Assembly (NCBI GenBank): GCA_002633005.1
Contig: NMRA01000113.1
Location: 134,797-198,796, forward strand
Origin: Phoronis australis
Lineage: Eukaryota > Animalia > Phoronida
DNA: 64,000 nt
Direction: 5' to 3'
The notes under the pieces are model-generated. The model saw only the letters and a program-made list of their open reading frames with translations. It did no database searches and was not told the DNA's origin. How positions within the stretch are numbered: position 1 is the first letter of the stretch; every line of letters begins with the position of its first letter. Positions 24,766 through 39,348 of this stretch are shown here, one piece after another. The position numbers and the translations under genes were made by a program.

Positions 24766-27700
24766 ATGTTACAGATCCAGAAGTTATTTCCGCAACTACA
24801 TCTGTGATGAGGGTGGTTAACATTTCTGCTCACCAAAATAAGTGTATTTAACAGAGAACAATGCTACGTACTACGGAACATTAAATCTTCAGCGAGTCTA
24901 CAACTCTGAACAAAATAGAAGTCATTAAAAGCTCAGTATTTTTAAAGACTTTTAACCTTGCTACAGATTATTTAGCTGTTTTACATCAGTGCAAGACAAG
25001 CAACGTAACATTTATATACTATGAGCCTTCTCAATAGTTTATTTCTCATGTGGGTGAATAAAAGATTGGATGGGGCTTGTTACTTGGTTTAAAAAGTGAC
25101 CAACTGAACAGACTTCTGATAGAAATTTCAACATCTGAAGGATGAATAGGTGTTTGTCAGTCAGGGCAATTGTCATTTAGCAGTCCAGTAACTAGCTATG
25201 TCTCCTACCCTAAGAAGATGTACTTGCCTCTTAAAGAAGGCACAGTTCCCATTCTATATTGACAACTGAGAAAAATAGCCAAAAGTGACCAATTTATAGT
25301 AGTAGAGCTAATCATGGGTGAGCAGTACCCTGAACCAGCTGGTGCGTCAACTGAAATTTGTCTGATGTTGTCACTAACCTAATTTTTTTAATCCGGGATG
25401 ATTGTATTTTCACTACATGCAAGCGCCATTGAGATGATTGCTTCCGCCTTGACACAACACGGGATGATTGCACGCAAGTTGCTTGCTAAGAAACTGGGGG
25501 CACTGCGATGTCAGCGTCCACACATCATTGCACCATGTCACATCGTTATGTGTCAGCTAATGTCCTATAAACGCAGCTACAATCTTGGGTGGGTTTGTCA
25601 TCATATTAATATTGTTTCAGGTAATAACCAAACATGTTTGACAAGGTTACGTTGGTCTGGATTTTGAATGGGCCACAACATCCCCTCTCCCAATATGGGG
25701 AAGAGGAGAACCCTTCGGGGGGAAGAGAACCCTTGGGTTGCAGCATTCAAATGGTTAAAACACTTTAGGCGAATTAATAATTAGCTAGTGTCTTTACCAA
25801 TGAGTATAGTAAGTGCCCTCAGTCAACGGGTAAGTGTGAGTGGAGGACGCCTGTCAGATATATCCTCAAACGAGCACACCTTCTGACAAATTTTGGCAAC
25901 TTTGTTGATGTTGCTTTTTAAAAATGTTAGCACAGCCCAAGATCACTTTCCTTGCATTCAGCTCAGAGCCGCAAGAGACACTTCCGGGCAATGTTTGATG
26001 CATTTTGCCCACCAATATATTAGTCAGCATTTGACCTGGTGTCGCTTCAATTTTATCCATGAATTTATTAATTTGTTCACAAGAAATGGATTTATGCAGA
26101 AAACGAAACATGTATTTGATTTTCACACAATCTCATCCAGAAATTTATCAATTCATCAAAAATTGATTCATGCAGAAAGCATCACTTACCTTCATTTCAC
26201 TTCTCCAAGTTTGCAAAGGTGGGAGTGCATTTACTAAATTGCTGTCTGTAGTTGAGCTATGTCAGGATTGCCAAGTGCTGTAGTCATCCTTTTAGCATAT
26301 TTATCAAGTTTGCTATTAGCCAACAACTGCTTGTTCAGTGTTGACAACCTTGGGTGTGACAAAATTATACCAAGGCAGTCTCACTGTGCAGAGAACAGGA
26401 CATTTGGGGACTTACCTATTCTTGTGGCAAAGTAAGAAGGCAAAAGCTTGATGAAAACAATCGGCGCCACAAATAAGTCTTGGCAAATTGCTCATACTGT
26501 TCTATCCATTCACTGTTATACGAACACTCTTAGCTTGAAGACAGCTCTCCTTAGATATTCAGTTCACTAGTGAACAGATGTCCAGACATATTACAGTATG
26601 ATAGCTGCCCTACCCTTGCATTGCTCAGTTTCAATATCAAAATGTGCAGACATGGTTTCACCAGTCACCACTACAATGGTTTCATGGTAAGCCTGGTAAA
26701 GGTTTAATAAAGTCTGAGTGAGATAAGCCAATCACCAGTATAGAACAAACCCTGTTAAATAGTCAATAACCTCTTTGTTATATTAACACATTGAGACTTA
26801 CAGTAAAAAGGTAGATGGTGAAGAAAATTGAGAGAAACTAAAGTGTCTCACACTTGACTTCACTGACCAAGCGACAATTAATTGCAATCCCTTTTAATAC
26901 CAAGTCCACTGATGAGGTAGTGATAGATTCTAAGGTAAAATCACAGTTTTAGAAACAAAATGGCCACAATTGATATTTCTTATTCTTCAAAGGCTTCTAA
27001 CATTTTTATGAATGTGCACAATTTCTCAAAAATATTGTATGATATTATATTACTACTATTGGGATAAAGTGAATACTTGATGTGAGTAATGTTTTATGAC
27101 AAGATGATAAAATAAAAGTTTCCGTGACGACCATATTGAGTCCTACAGTAGTGATATTTTCACAGTTATTTAGAAGCCAACCAATGCACCATGATGGTAT
27201 ACCATGTAAGTGTAAATAGTGATACAAGAACACAGATGGTGTGAGGTAGGAAATTGAACAAACATTGACTTGGACAGAAACAAACAAGTTATTCAAATTA
27301 GAATTCTGAGCATTGTGTAACACATCAAATTCAGGTATCGATTGTCAGTCATAAGGGAAATTTGAACTATGCTGCAATTACAGTGGAAACGAACCCCGGT
27401 AATACAGCAAGAGTATAGATTTTGAAATGTGCCCACAACTGCACTGTGAAAAGTATACTTCTAGAGAGGTTAGTTTCATGCAATACCACAACACTAACTT
27501 GAACACAATGATATCAAATCTGAAAATGACTGGCATTGGTGTTTACGGAGGTATATAAAAAATCTGTCGAGCCATTTTGATAATAACCAACGCACAAGCG
27601 TTATCTTGTCAATAACAAAAATGGCCAACACTAGTCCATCAGATGACAAGCTGAATTTACAACTTGGATGGACCAGTTAGTTAAATCTTTATTTCTGTTG

Positions 27701-29649
27701 GTAAGTATTACAAAATGAATTCCTATTGTCGGCCGTATTGTATGATAAAAAGATGAGGAATTAGTCATATGGCAAATGAAGTAAACTTAGATCAGTTTTA
27801 TTAATAAACATGCTGATCAGCTGTTGAAACATTTATATCAAACTGGCACAAATACTGAAAAAATGACCATTCTTGAAAAGTGAAAGTAATGCAAATCTCA
27901 ATTACCACATGCAAAATTAGCAGACATCAATTTTTCATGCACCAATCAATACTTGGGGTAAGTTACAGAATGCACAACCCACAACTAGAGTAGAGACACC
28001 TGGGGGCCTGGAATCAAACATCAGATCAAATGCTTTTTTGTGATTGGTTGACCACATCCTCAACACTGAGTGTAAACCAATGTTACTACGGTCATCATAG
28101 GAAGTCAATCACCTGAGCCAGGTTATAAACTAGCAAACAATAAGAAACAAAACTAGATTATAAACAGTTTTAATGAATACAGTAAAATATCAGACACAAA
28201 TCCTGACTAAAAATAATTGCCAACATTGCCCTTTCTTGATTTCCAAGGGGTGGTAATATTTGCGAATGTCATCAATATTTCAAAATGCAGTCAGATGGTA
28301 TCTATGGAAAATGCACAGGGATATCCGTTAACTATTGTGATCAGTCAACAGTAACTGTTTTCATGACATTATCATAATTTAGCTCTATGTGCAATGAAAA
28401 GAAAAAAGGCCAGGTTAATTGCAATTAAATAGCCACTTCTATGAAGCTATTGGCCATTAACCATTTGACTGAGTTTAAACCAGTGTAATAAGCCTTTTAA
28501 AACATATAAAAATCTTTTGATGTAACAAGAGTTTTGATCAAAATAAAAGTTTATTACACCCTCCAACTCCACCAAGCACTACGCCATCAACCTCGAATTC
28601 AGCAAAACAGATTTTACAAAATAAATGACAGTTGATATCATTTAAAGTGTGTGCATATCAAACAAATGCAATGCCCCTTCACAAAATGACTCAGAACTTT
28701 CCAACCTATGGCCATACACAACACACTTAGAACTACTTTCATTATTCTTGTAAACCTCATCACGCATCAGTAGCACTTGCATAAAACATTGAAGTAAAAC
28801 AGATGCATCAACTGGCAGTGTCAATAATGAGACTCCTAAAAAGTCAAAACATAACATTCGACACAATATGAAGGTACGGTAGATTACACATTACTTCATA
28901 AACCAACACTGGCGCACTATCTTACCTAGATCCGGTCGGATTATCTCCACATGTAACAGGATGTTCTGCATTTTCACGTGAAAAAAGCATGACATTGCTT
29001 TGTAACGTAGGTCATCAAAAGCCGTGCAAAGTGACCATATCTACTTTGATAACTTTAATCTGCTTCCGTCTCGTAAATTGTATCTTTGCCGGACATGAAC
29101 TTTTAAGTGCAATAGAGAAATGTCGTTGATTTACACGACATGTTATTTGGCAATTTACAACTATATTGGGAATATTTTTAAAGTCGGCAATAAAGCTCTA
29201 TATTTAATGACTCGCCAGATTTGCATAGTAGAACCAACAACATACCGATACACGCATCATCCTGAATTCAGACACCCGATTTTCCACATGACAACTCCTA
29301 CATTAACATTAGGGGTTTTGTTACCTCAACACCTAAGCGAGCCTGTAAACCGGACTTTGACTAACCCATCTTAATCGATTCAGAAATTAATGCTCGCCGC
29401 TTTTAATAAGACTTGATGCTGAAGAAAATCTATTTGCTAATTTCTTTTGTAATGCCTCAATTTTAGAAATTCAAAGACAGCTAAATATTTACTTTCCAAT
29501 TTTAAAAACAGTCACGTTGGTCTTAGTTCGGTTTTTGACTTTGAAATTTGTATGCTAAACAGGTGTGTTGGTTTTTTACCGTAATTATCTCATCCAGCAC
29601 CTTCAGCCAAGCCAATGAATAGCGACTAACTCAATTTAATTCATGATGG

Positions 29650-30122
29650 CACTTTTACACAAGAGACAGTTGTCACCAGGTCAGTTGTCACCAGGTCAGT
29701 TGTCACCAGGTCAGTTGTCACTGTGACAGTGTCACTGTGTCAGTTGTCACGGCGCAACTTGCTCTGCTTTAGTTGCATTTACACGACATAGATCGCATAC
29801 TGGATCAGCACAAGTCACTTACACGAAGACTGTATGCTCACATAAATGTTACCTCCAAACCCTATGGAATGGCAGTGGATCACCTGTATATACGCTATTT
29901 CGCAACCCCATTAAAAGATGATCCCTTTTTGCCCTGCCCCAGTTGTGTTTAGATGTGTAGTTGATACTGGAGCAAATGATCGAGTGTAGCTCACTCTACC
30001 TATCCAGTGGCCGCCATGGTGTCAACTTGCTCCGTGTCAGTCATGTTTGCACACACACCTGCACCCAACCAGCGTTCCGTGTTAGTTGCCTCGTGACAGC
30101 TGTCTCTCGTATAAATGCAACT
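29650..30122. mobile_element. MITE, possibly PIF/Harbinger-like, with an internal 15-bp tandem repeat
   Basis: TIRs TTTACACAAGAGACAGTTGTCAC / GTGACAGCTGTCTCTCGTATAAA and (CAGTTGTCACCAGGT)n at ~29667-29750. A homologous copy lies at 46617-47030. Confidence 0.75.
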
Positions 30123-33100
30123 TAAGACGTGCCAAAGTCTTCGCTGGATACTTCAGGGTAAATGGTGCACGCTTTCTTGTTCACATGCATGCAAATCTTG
30201 TAAGCATACGATTTGTCTAATGCTCAAACCAGTACTGTATACGTACGCGTACTAATAGGCCATGCACCTAATATCCTCCATAATAAGTTTTTCAATTTTT
30301 CAAAATTCAGGCACCTGCAAACTGTGTGTTACTCTTGTTTTTTCAACCATTCCTAATACTTTTCATTCACAGCTGCATTTCGCCTTGCCTAAAAGGCTAA
30401 AAACAAAAATCAAATTAAGCATTTTACTCACATCAAATCAGTCTATTCCTTACCATATGATTGTGTTTCCGAAAATGTTTCACAGTTTATTGGGGTTGGC
30501 CAACTCTAAAACTGCAAATTCGAAAACGACACTTGTATGCAACTTCTGGTCTTCTAACAAGCTCATTTGGAATCAATTCCAGATTAGATGAGGATGGTAA
30601 TGTTTTTAACCCCCAAAGCGCGTTGGTTAAGAATTCAATATCGACAACTACACAGCAGTGAAATGCCTCTTCGAAAGAGCATTACACATTAATATCTACC
30701 ACTTTTCAACATATATCTAAATCACCTTTACACAATTTTACTCAAGTGATTCACACATAGGCACCTGATATGCAGCAAAATCTCACCAATTTTTGGACAA
30801 AACTAATTGTCAAAATTGGCCTCCTTTCATTTTTCCAAGGCTTCTAACACTGTTATAACTGACCACAATTTCTCAATGAAAATCACTGTCTGGTGATAGC
30901 TACAGTATAGATCTCAAAAATGATTTAGCATGGGAGCTACAATCTATTTAGGCAATGATTACCTATTAAGAAAAAAAATTCACTAGTCAACTACCGTAGT
31001 CAGCCATATTGTGTCCTAAATTGGTGACATTTTACCATAGGAACAGCCAGCCTCACACACAGGGGCATGTGAGCCTAAATATGCACTTCTATGGCATATG
31101 CCTTGCTGTGCACTGGAAGCTGAATTTAGGGAAACTCAAAACATGTTACTTAGCATGACAAACATCACACTCAAAAATTCTATTATATCTGTGCATATTA
31201 TATGCCCACCTGTTCATGGTCAACTGGAACCAATGTGAATGGCCTAACAACACCAGAGCTGACCCAGTTATTAACAGCAAGCAGCAGTTTCTTTCACCTG
31301 GTTTCCATTGACCAAGAAAATAAGCTTGTGGTCCCACACATGCATGAATAGACAACCATAATCAAGGCTGTCAACATTAGCTTCTGGCATAAGCAAGACA
31401 TGTACACTTGCCCAGGAGTTAGACAGGTTGATGTTCATGATATTAGTCGAAGCTGATTTCACTTTATAGCTCAAATGAAGGACACCCAACAGTCATAATG
31501 GACTTTCCAATCAAGCATATCAATCCAAATTGACATTAGGAAACACTATACCTCACAAACAGTAACGATTTTACAATGCACTATACCATTACAGGTAAGC
31601 TGTATAAAAATCCATGACAAATACAATGGTTTTCCACTGCTCCTTTATGGTGACAACTTTTCAACACTGTGTATTAAGGGGGTTTGCACTGCTTGCCAAA
31701 AAGCCATAGCAGTCATTGTTTTTGAAGAAATTTTACAAAAAAACTACTATATTGACACACAGAATACCTGCATTTATATACTGACATTGGCAGGGCTGTT
31801 GTTTTACTAGTGATACTAAGTACGGTTGAGCTTCGCGGCAGAAAAATGCAACTTCGTCAAAAAACACATTAGCTTCTTTTAAATAAAACAATAGCGATAT
31901 TTCCAATATAACACTCATAATCAAACCGAAACTTCATTTTATGAAAGCATTTGTGACCACCTGAGACCAACAATACCAGCCAAAGGGATGAGTAATCGGT
32001 TTTTTGTTAAATGTTCATACCTTGCCAATCTGTTATCAAATCTTTTGCCCAGTATGCTTCATCAACAGACAACGCCTGCGGTTATAAAGGAGGTCACACA
32101 ATAATATTTACTATTCAGGGTCACACTTCTTTGAATGCGCAGTCACGTACCAAGAAACAAACAATGGGCACAAAAAGGTCAAACACAGGTAACATTATGG
32201 GGTGATCATAACTAGATTTTGACTGCTGCCCAGCCTTAGAGAATGTCCAGATGAGTGTTAATGCAAAATTGCAAATAGCAAAGTGATAATGCCACCAGCT
32301 GTTTGTTGCAAACAACCGAATAACAACAATAAGTTATGAAAAAAACTGTTTTGGCACACTAACTTAGGTGCCAAGAACATGTTTTTAAGACATTAAAAAA
32401 TTATTTTCCAATTATTACTTTTTGTGTGGAAACAATACCGTAAAATTTCTTTAAAATTAAAACGCAATATGGTGGAACATTATTTTTTGTCAAAATTTTA
32501 AGCAAAAGTAAAAATCTGACAGGTTTTCAGGATTATTTGAAAGCTTTATATAGTAAGGCTGTCATCAACACACAATGAAATTTTGAAATTTTTGGCTGTA
32601 CTGTGAGCATTTGAAAAAAAGAAATTTTGGCTCTTATTTTCTCAAAATTGGGTAATTTTTACCATAAGCTGCATTTTAATCTACTTCATGTGCACAACTT
32701 TTAAGGAATTATCCTCAATTATCGATATTTTCAAAAGCATTTCGTACACTGCGGAGAGTTTGTAGATGGGCGATGTATGGTTCTGTATATACGGAAAATG
32801 TTGGTGAGAAACATCTATAGGGAGACGAAACCGAAGACCTTGAGATTTTCAAGTCTCGCAACTTAATCGACTTTTTCTCGGCTTCGGCAAATTGACGTCA
32901 TTTGAAATTAGAAACATGAATTTTGCTGAAACTTTCCGAACTTCTTCAATTCATCAATCTCAAAAATGCTATTAGGATTTTCGATACAGGGAAGGTCTAG
33001 TTTTTAGTAATGTCACAAAGACTGGTATTTTTTAGAAAAATACCTCATGTTTTACGGGCTGATTTGTCATAGAAACTAAACTAAAAGACTAACCGAAAAT

Positions 33101-33420
33101 TAATAAAAGCGTTTTTGAGGTAAAAATGTTTTCATTAGAATCAGCAGAGGGTTTATTTTGCTATGAATGCACCTTTCTTAAAAATGAAATTTTTACTTAA
33201 AAAATGTATTAATGTAACGATGACGGAACATAAATATAAAATATATTTTCATAATCCCTGATCCTTTTTCGTTCAGAAAATACGTACTTTTAATTGTTGA
33301 CAAAGCTTGGCTTTTTAGATACACGAGTTAGAATGGAGGCCACTAAATAATTTCAAACGGCGCATTCGTAACGGAACTATGGCTAAGTATAGGCTCTCCC
33401 GCGATATCCCAGGCGACCAG

Positions 33421-34147
33421 CAGTGGCGCTGCGCACTACAACTCTGTTTCCGTCGTCTGCTCCACTGTGCAATGAAGAAAATTTAATTCATTTTTTAAAG
33501 AAAATGGAACCTGAGGGACGATGAAAAAACAGAAGCTGCTGGCAAGATGTGAATTTTAATCGAAGCCTTAGTGAATCACTCAGAAACTCGCAATACTCTC
33601 TTTGTCAAACCTCATCTTAAGACGATTTCCAAAGCAATCCCGTCATTATTGCCAACACGAAAAATGGATTTGGTCTTTCGGGCATTTGAAGACTATTTCA
33701 AATATGACAAATTTGTTAAGAATTGATGGCACAAAATATAAAACGTGTAATAAGCATTACAAAAAGAAGTAGGCTTCGCTCGCAAACGCTGTGGACCATC
33801 AACAAGTAGGTCTTTTAGTATCAGATTAGAAGTTAAGTCGTGGTGGTGTAGTGGTAACGCACGCGCGCTCTATACGCCAGGTCGTGAGTTCGAGTCTTTG
33901 GTACTTGTAGTTTTTCCTGTTTGACACGTTCTTTTTTTGCCTTTTTTTCTTGGATAATACTTCAGGAATCAAAGAAAATGCTTGATTTTTAGAGGTAAAA
34001 ACAGAAAAATTTCGGGAGGGGGTAAACCCCCCTCCCGACCTCCCCTCATTCGGTGCTATGCGCATCTACAATCGTTCAGTTTGCGCAAATGTTTGCAGCC
34101 GGACAAAATGTTGGGCTCCCCCTTGTGATATCCTAGATCCGCCACTG
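33421..34147 (+). mobile_element. Dispersed repeat containing a tRNA-derived segment; second copy at 51370-51963
   Basis: 33562-34147 is highly similar to 51370-51963 and both end CTAGATCCGCCACTG. There is a CAGTGGCG at 33421, and the element may extend left to ~31810. Confidence 0.7.
33837..33900 (+). pseudogene. tRNA-derived Pol III A/B-box segment, not a functional tRNA; also at ~51639-51700
   Basis: A box TGGTGTAGTGG and B box GAGTTCGAGTC at tRNA spacing. The acceptor and anticodon stems do not pair. Confidence 0.6.
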
Positions 34148-37100
34148 GTACAATACTAGACAATCAAAGACTGTTTCATCTGTATTAGAGACTATCAGAT
34201 AGATGCCCATGGTGCTTACATTAAGGGAAACTAAAAACAAGGAGGTAAATGTTAAGCCTAGCAAGGAAACTAAAATAAAAATTTGCAAATTTGGGATCGA
34301 GATTTACAGGCCTCACATTGGAAAGACGCGCTGGACTCAACTGCCAGTCACATAGAACATTGTATTAATCTACATGTATTTTCAAGCCCAAAAAATGCAA
34401 GGTGTTTAAATTCTGACAGTTTGTTACTCAAAGGTGAATGAGTTTTGAACGTTTGGGAGCTAACATTTGTAGGATGGAGGTTCACATACACAGGAGCTTT
34501 CAAGTCTAAATTTTATAAATTGGAGCATGGACGATTGCTAGTGGAAATTTGCAAATTTTGTCTGTGGGCGTTGAGCTAAACATGATGAAAATGGTATACT
34601 ATTACGCCTACATGTATAATGAAATTAAATTAAATGCCAATAACTACGAGATGTTGTCATTATTTGCCATGTCAAAAGAAAAGAGAATCATTACTACAAA
34701 ACCAGTGAACAAATATTTATCCACGACTGGACAGCCTTCCCTAGTAAAAATTCAAGTATTTACATTTGATAACGTTCCAAGTTGAATTTGTACATGTATA
34801 TTTCATGTGTTTATAAGGAGTGATTCTGTGGAAACATAAATGATTTATAAGTTTAAACAAATAAGCTGATAAATCGCTGATCATGGCAAGTACATAAAGT
34901 GCTGCGCTGCAGATGTCTGGTTGGTTAAGGGTATTCTCATGAACTCTGCTATTTACCTACCAGATATCCAAACCCGGTACACACTTCAGAATACATAGTG
35001 CTTGTTGCGCACACTCTTAAAAATGCACAAGCTGAATACTAAGCTAAGGAGAACATGTCTGTGCGACACTGAGTTCTCATCATAAGAGCCGAGAATAAAT
35101 AGTCGAGAGTACACAACTGGAATGATGGGAGGGGGTGAATTGTCAATCTTTCAAACTGTGAAGCGCACTGTCGTAAAATCGACCTCTGGTTAGCTGCATT
35201 TTTGGAAAATCAACCTGTAGTTAGCTGCAGTGTTGCAAAATCTGCCTTTGGTTGGTTGTAGTTTTGCAAAATCCGCCCGTCGTTGGTTGCAGCCTTCTCT
35301 CGCATGAGCTTGAGCTTTTAAGTGATTGGCAATGTTGTCGATTCCTATAACTCATTATATGCAAGTACCAGTGGCTTGTACAGGTTCAATTCCCAGTCGG
35401 GGATTTGCAATTTTTACAGTACATTTTACCACAAAGACACACCGTCACCAAGCCTAAATAGGGAAGGCTAACAAAACGAGCAAATCATTGAGACAACAGC
35501 AGTGCATTAGGCTATCGTTGCAGGATTTCTCACCTGAATAGCTTATCTCACTAGCAAACAACAGTAGACACTGCACGGACAATCTTGCCAAGTGTCACTA
35601 CAGGGGTACTGAAACACCTCACTCACTAAATTGCTGGGGAAATGAGAAACCATGGACTTTTAGGCGGTTACAAGTCAGGTATCTTAGCATTCATCAAATT
35701 TTATGTAATCAGGATTGAAGCATAGCGCAGAACTGGGAAGCACGGGTCCCTAGAAAAACTGAACATAAAGGAATTCTTCACATCAAGGAGTTGCTGCTAA
35801 TTGTTTTGTTCACACCTTGTGCTCACCTGAGTAGCTTGGCGTACATGGTTAACACAGCTTCGTGATGGACACTGATGAGAGGATGCAAGACAAACAAACT
35901 CCAGCAGGCAAACTGTCATGAATTATAGATGCCCGAACTCCACAGCAGCCACAACAGAGAAAGTCAGGTGGTGACAAACAACCTGCTTTACTGACAATTA
36001 ACACCACACATGACTAATATTGCTTCTAATGTGAAAGCTATGTTGTGAGACCACAAACCAAATCAGAATATTCCGCTAGCAGCATTTCAAGTCAAATTAT
36101 CATCCAGTAAAGTCTGCAAACTGACAATGCTGCACTGGTAAGCAGCCAAAAATTATTCCCAAGAAGAGGAAGAATCATGCAAGTCTTTACTTTTCAAGTA
36201 GATGTTTGCAAGATGACAAGTCTTAGTCTTGTACGACTCTCCTTCTGCAACTCTTCTTCCGAAGATTCATTTGACTTGGTCCACGTGTTGAACATTCATG
36301 GCCAGGCAAAATGGTGCAAACAAGTCTCCACTAGTCCATACAGAAACACCTACTGCTATAATAGCCAAAGGAATTGCAACATATAAACACTGCTTGTGAA
36401 CAAGGCAAACAGCTCAGGTGTTCTATGCTCTATTCACTGTGTTGAAAGGAGCTCATGGGTACCCTATAATGAAATGACACACCATGCAGACTAGTGAGCA
36501 AACAAAAGGCTTCAAAGGAGGCGTCAACAGCACTCAATAGTTTATAGGGAACAGCTTTAAGACAATTCACTAAATGATTATCAGCGGGTGGTGCAACTGA
36601 TTCGATAATTCATTGATCACAATAATTCATTGATTGTTGTGACTCCCAAGGTAATAGGGACATATATTCAACAGGAGGGATTCAGTAACCAAAACAAAAA
36701 ACATTGTTACATAGCCAGGATCACACGGACCTGTAGATGATAAGGCAGCAATTTCAGAATCCGCTAAAATGATTCCAACTAGAAATTTTTGAATAATTGA
36801 AAGCTTAATCTTTTAGTATCTGTCAAAAATGTACCCATTCTTCAGTACAAAAAATAATTAAAAGCCACAAACAAGAAAGCATTTTTCTGGTGCAGTGTTG
36901 CCTTAGCAGCCATTTGGCTCACAAAAGCGCCTTGTTGCTTTACTTGAGTCAACAAAGTGGGATGCATTACACCACTCTAAGGTGTTATTGATTACAGTAC
37001 AACCAGGCCAACGTTTCATAGATCTGAGAAACACAATATCATGCCAGACTTCACGAGATATCACCATGCATTACAAGCAAAGCACGTAATCACTAGCTTG

Positions 37101-39064
37101 AAATAGTTGCATCTACAGAACACAGACCAGTACAGTGGCACAAAAAAAAAACTCACAAATTGGCACCTCGTGAGCAAGTTCAGTTTACTCAAACAGCAAG
37201 TCTTCAGAATTGGATAACCAAAATAATGACAAAAATTATAGTGTGGAAAATTTGAGTGCTACTCATGTTTACATGCTTAATGATCTTGTGTAATAGAATT
37301 AGGTCAATGCATTACCACCAACTTCTTAACAAGGATAAACCCAGCTAGAGTTTGTACATGAGGAGCTCGGTCTTTCCTAGTGCCCTCTGTTAGTTCACTT
37401 TTGTATAATTATTTTAGAAACAGAACAGCCTCAGCTTACTCACTTACATGAAAATGAATCTTTTTTAAAATTGCAGTTTGAATAACATACTGCTTTGTTT
37501 GCGCATTGTAGTACGATAAGAAGTCACAAATATATGACAAAATGCGGTGGACATGTGATATTTTATTCATATGTAGACGATATTTTCCAAAATTGTAAGC
37601 ATTCACAACAATGTTAAAATTACTTGAAAAATGGAAAAAGGCAATTTCAACAATTATTTTATCTAAAATTGGTGAGAATTTTCTATAACTATGCAATTTG
37701 AAAATAAAAAATAGCATTCAAGTTGTATGGCAACGCTATTGCTTAATGATAATGCTTTTACTAGTTTTTGCATCACAATCTCAACGTACAAGGTTTTAAG
37801 GCATTGGAGATCTGCCACACATTACCAAGAGCAAAACCTCCAGCAGCAGTGCCCTCTATTGTAAGGTATTCGAATTGAGTCAGTTTATGCTGGTTACCTC
37901 CAGACACACAATAGCATTCACTAAAAAATTAAAGAATGTTACAACAAGGTATCACCATTTATTGAAAACTAACAAAACTTCTCTTTTCTCTAATATTGGA
38001 GTGAATTTGCACTATTTTTCAAAATATTGTTTGATGGCAGTGATGGTACAGAACTTGAAAAAAACATTGAATCAACAGTATTAATATTTTATGAAAAAGT
38101 GAGAAGAAATTAAAGTGTCTGCCATATTGGGTTCTCAGTTGGATGAGATATTACAGTAACCTGAAGTGCTCAGTGAGACAATGGGTTCAATTATCACTTG
38201 ACCCACGACTGACCTTTGTAATTTCCTACACCTCAGCTTTGGATTAGCATGAAAGTAACATTAGTGAGAAAAGTAATTTTCTGAGATGAAACCTAATGCA
38301 GAGCAATGCTCTCATGGCCCAGCTAAGCCCACTTGATATCTGGCAAAGTATTTGACTGCTCAATAGGTTTGATTTTAGCCAATGACTGATAGACAATGGT
38401 TAGAATTGGTGTCTTGTAAAAAATCATAGAGATTTTGTTGTTTCATAGCTCTGACCAAAGGTAATAACTAAAAGAAGTCTATCACATCCGACAATAATCC
38501 TACAATTCATTTTCCATCAGCAAAACCAACAATATCCCTTTAAAATCAAATCAGTCCGACTTATGCAAGATCTTGCTATCTATTGAAAAAGAGATAAAAA
38601 ACGAAACACTGGTTTGTATTAGTATCTTTACCTTAAAAACCCGTGCATTGACCAGAGACACATGTGGCACTGTAACCACGGTAACAATAACAGAATACTC
38701 ATTACAGCTGCTGTGGTCCCATGGTGACGCCATGTGACAATGGTCAATCAATATCAAATCACGCAAGCAAACATTGTGGCCATAGATTGAAGCTGTGGAC
38801 AAAAACAGGCGGATTGACAGAACAAACCGACATGAAAACAATGATTCAAACGCAGGAGACGACCAGTTGTGGAACAGTTTTGCACACCACTAACATAGTT
38901 CACCTAGTTCAGTTAGTTCGATAAGGACTAGACTCCTACACGTAATAATGCTCGTAACTGTTTGTAATCTCCTGGTTTCTCTGTTATCTATAGGTGTGGC
39001 CTCATAAACGTTCAACTAATAATGTAATGTGATTACTTTCCATTTCCATCCTTAACATTTCATT

Positions 39065-39348
39065 AAAACTGCGTTTCCACAAGATTTTGGAGCTAAAAAC
39101 AAAAAATGAGTTAAATCGCCAACAAGCGGTGTTTCCCTTGCGTGTAAAAATCTGGGCGGACAGCCACGCTCCTTTTTGGCCCCCCACACCTAATCTTGCC
39201 CAAATTGACTACCACACACCTTATCCCGAGGACAAAACACTGTGCAAAAATTGTTAGTAAAAATAAATACACTATACACAAGTTACATCGCTACTGTTTA
39301 AGATTTTTGGATCACACGCACTGCACGCTTGGAGGGGGGGGCAATAAA
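39065..39348 (-). mobile_element. Short dispersed repeat of a second HINE-like family; related sequence at ~42150-42290
   Basis: Shared GCGTGTAA..TCTGGGCGG...GCCACGCTC.TTTTTGGCCCCCC...GCAAAAAT.GTTAGTAAAAAT. It ends GGGGGGGCAATAAA. Confidence 0.5.

Noticed and set aside
26190-26250. Coding exon at the strong donor AAG|gtaagt (26189)
   Set aside because: The required frame has a TGA just before the donor. At best it is non-coding, and there is no other support.
33837-33910. Functional tRNA gene
   Set aside because: No acceptor-stem or anticodon-stem pairing, and it lies inside a multicopy repeat.
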